In this document: in pieces, positions 60,272-60,436 of the stretch
How positions within the stretch are numbered: the first letter of the stretch is position 1
Layout: every line of letters starts with the position of its first letter
IMG/VR virus record: IMGVR_UViG_3300032287_002746
Location: 1 to 60,436 of that record
Length of the DNA stretch: 60,436 nt
From: a virus
Taxonomy: Duplodnaviria; Caudoviricetes
Strand: one strand, 5' to 3'
The notes under the pieces: model-generated
The model's database searches: none
What the model was told of the DNA's origin: nothing
What the model saw: the letters and a program-made list of their open reading frames with translations, nothing else
Made by a program: the position numbers and the translations under genes

Positions 60272-60324
60272 AAACTTTTAAAGTTTAAAGTTAAAAATGA
60301 TAAATCTCTCACATTTAGAATTTA

Positions 60325-60332
60325 CAAATATA
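60325..60332 (-). promoter_or_regulatory. TAnnTTTG element
   Basis: Minus strand TATATTTG about 54 nt upstream of the 60271 ATG. Confidence 0.5.
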
Positions 60333-60364
60333 ATTTGTTTTTTCCTATTTTGTTAGGGATTTTG

Positions 60365-60436
60365 TTATTTATTAATGAATTCTATTTCTGCACCGTTCTG
60401 CATAAGTTGTAATAACTCGTCTTCTGATACTTGATA
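60365..60436 (-). CDS. 3' end of upstream structural gene (partial)
   Basis: Reads YQVSEDELLQLMQNGAEIEFINK*. Confidence 0.65.
   Translation of the reverse strand, partial: YQVSEDELLQLMQNGAEIEFINK

Noticed and set aside
1-60436. Stop-codon reassignment (known in some crAss-like phages)
   Set aside because: Genes up to 11.5 kb are open in the standard code, coding density is high, and TGA and TAG both terminate genes.
1-60436. tRNA genes, integrase or other lysogeny functions
   Set aside because: No cloverleaf with a T-arm consensus in the short intergenic gaps; no recombinase or repressor recognised.

Overview
An AT-rich 60 kb segment of a lytic crAss-like (Crassvirales-type) phage, probably infecting a Bacteroidota/Flavobacteriia host (no Shine-Dalgarno motifs seen, TAnnTTTG promoter elements present). 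It uses the standard genetic code. The + strand (1-23.8 kb, 25.6-28.1 kb) carries small accessory genes followed by nucleotide-metabolism and replication genes: dUTPase, UDG, DnaB, Sak4/SSB, primase, family B polymerase, dNMP kinase, an SPL-like radical SAM enzyme and a class II RNR. A minus-strand lysis cassette sits inside this arm. The - strand (28.2-60.4 kb) carries a tail fibre and five large virion/cargo proteins, including a 3836-aa virion RNA polymerase with a zincin motif. The most striking signal is that three consecutive, almost cysteine-free giant cargo proteins have cysteines at exactly the facing termini, suggesting a head-to-tail linked ejection chain. Other notable signals are a tightly coupled four-gene operon of unknown function, small ORFs built from conserved anchors and variable inserts, a virion-delivered nuclease domain and a Tad2-like sponge. 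Family names come from motif recognition by eye, not from database searches.
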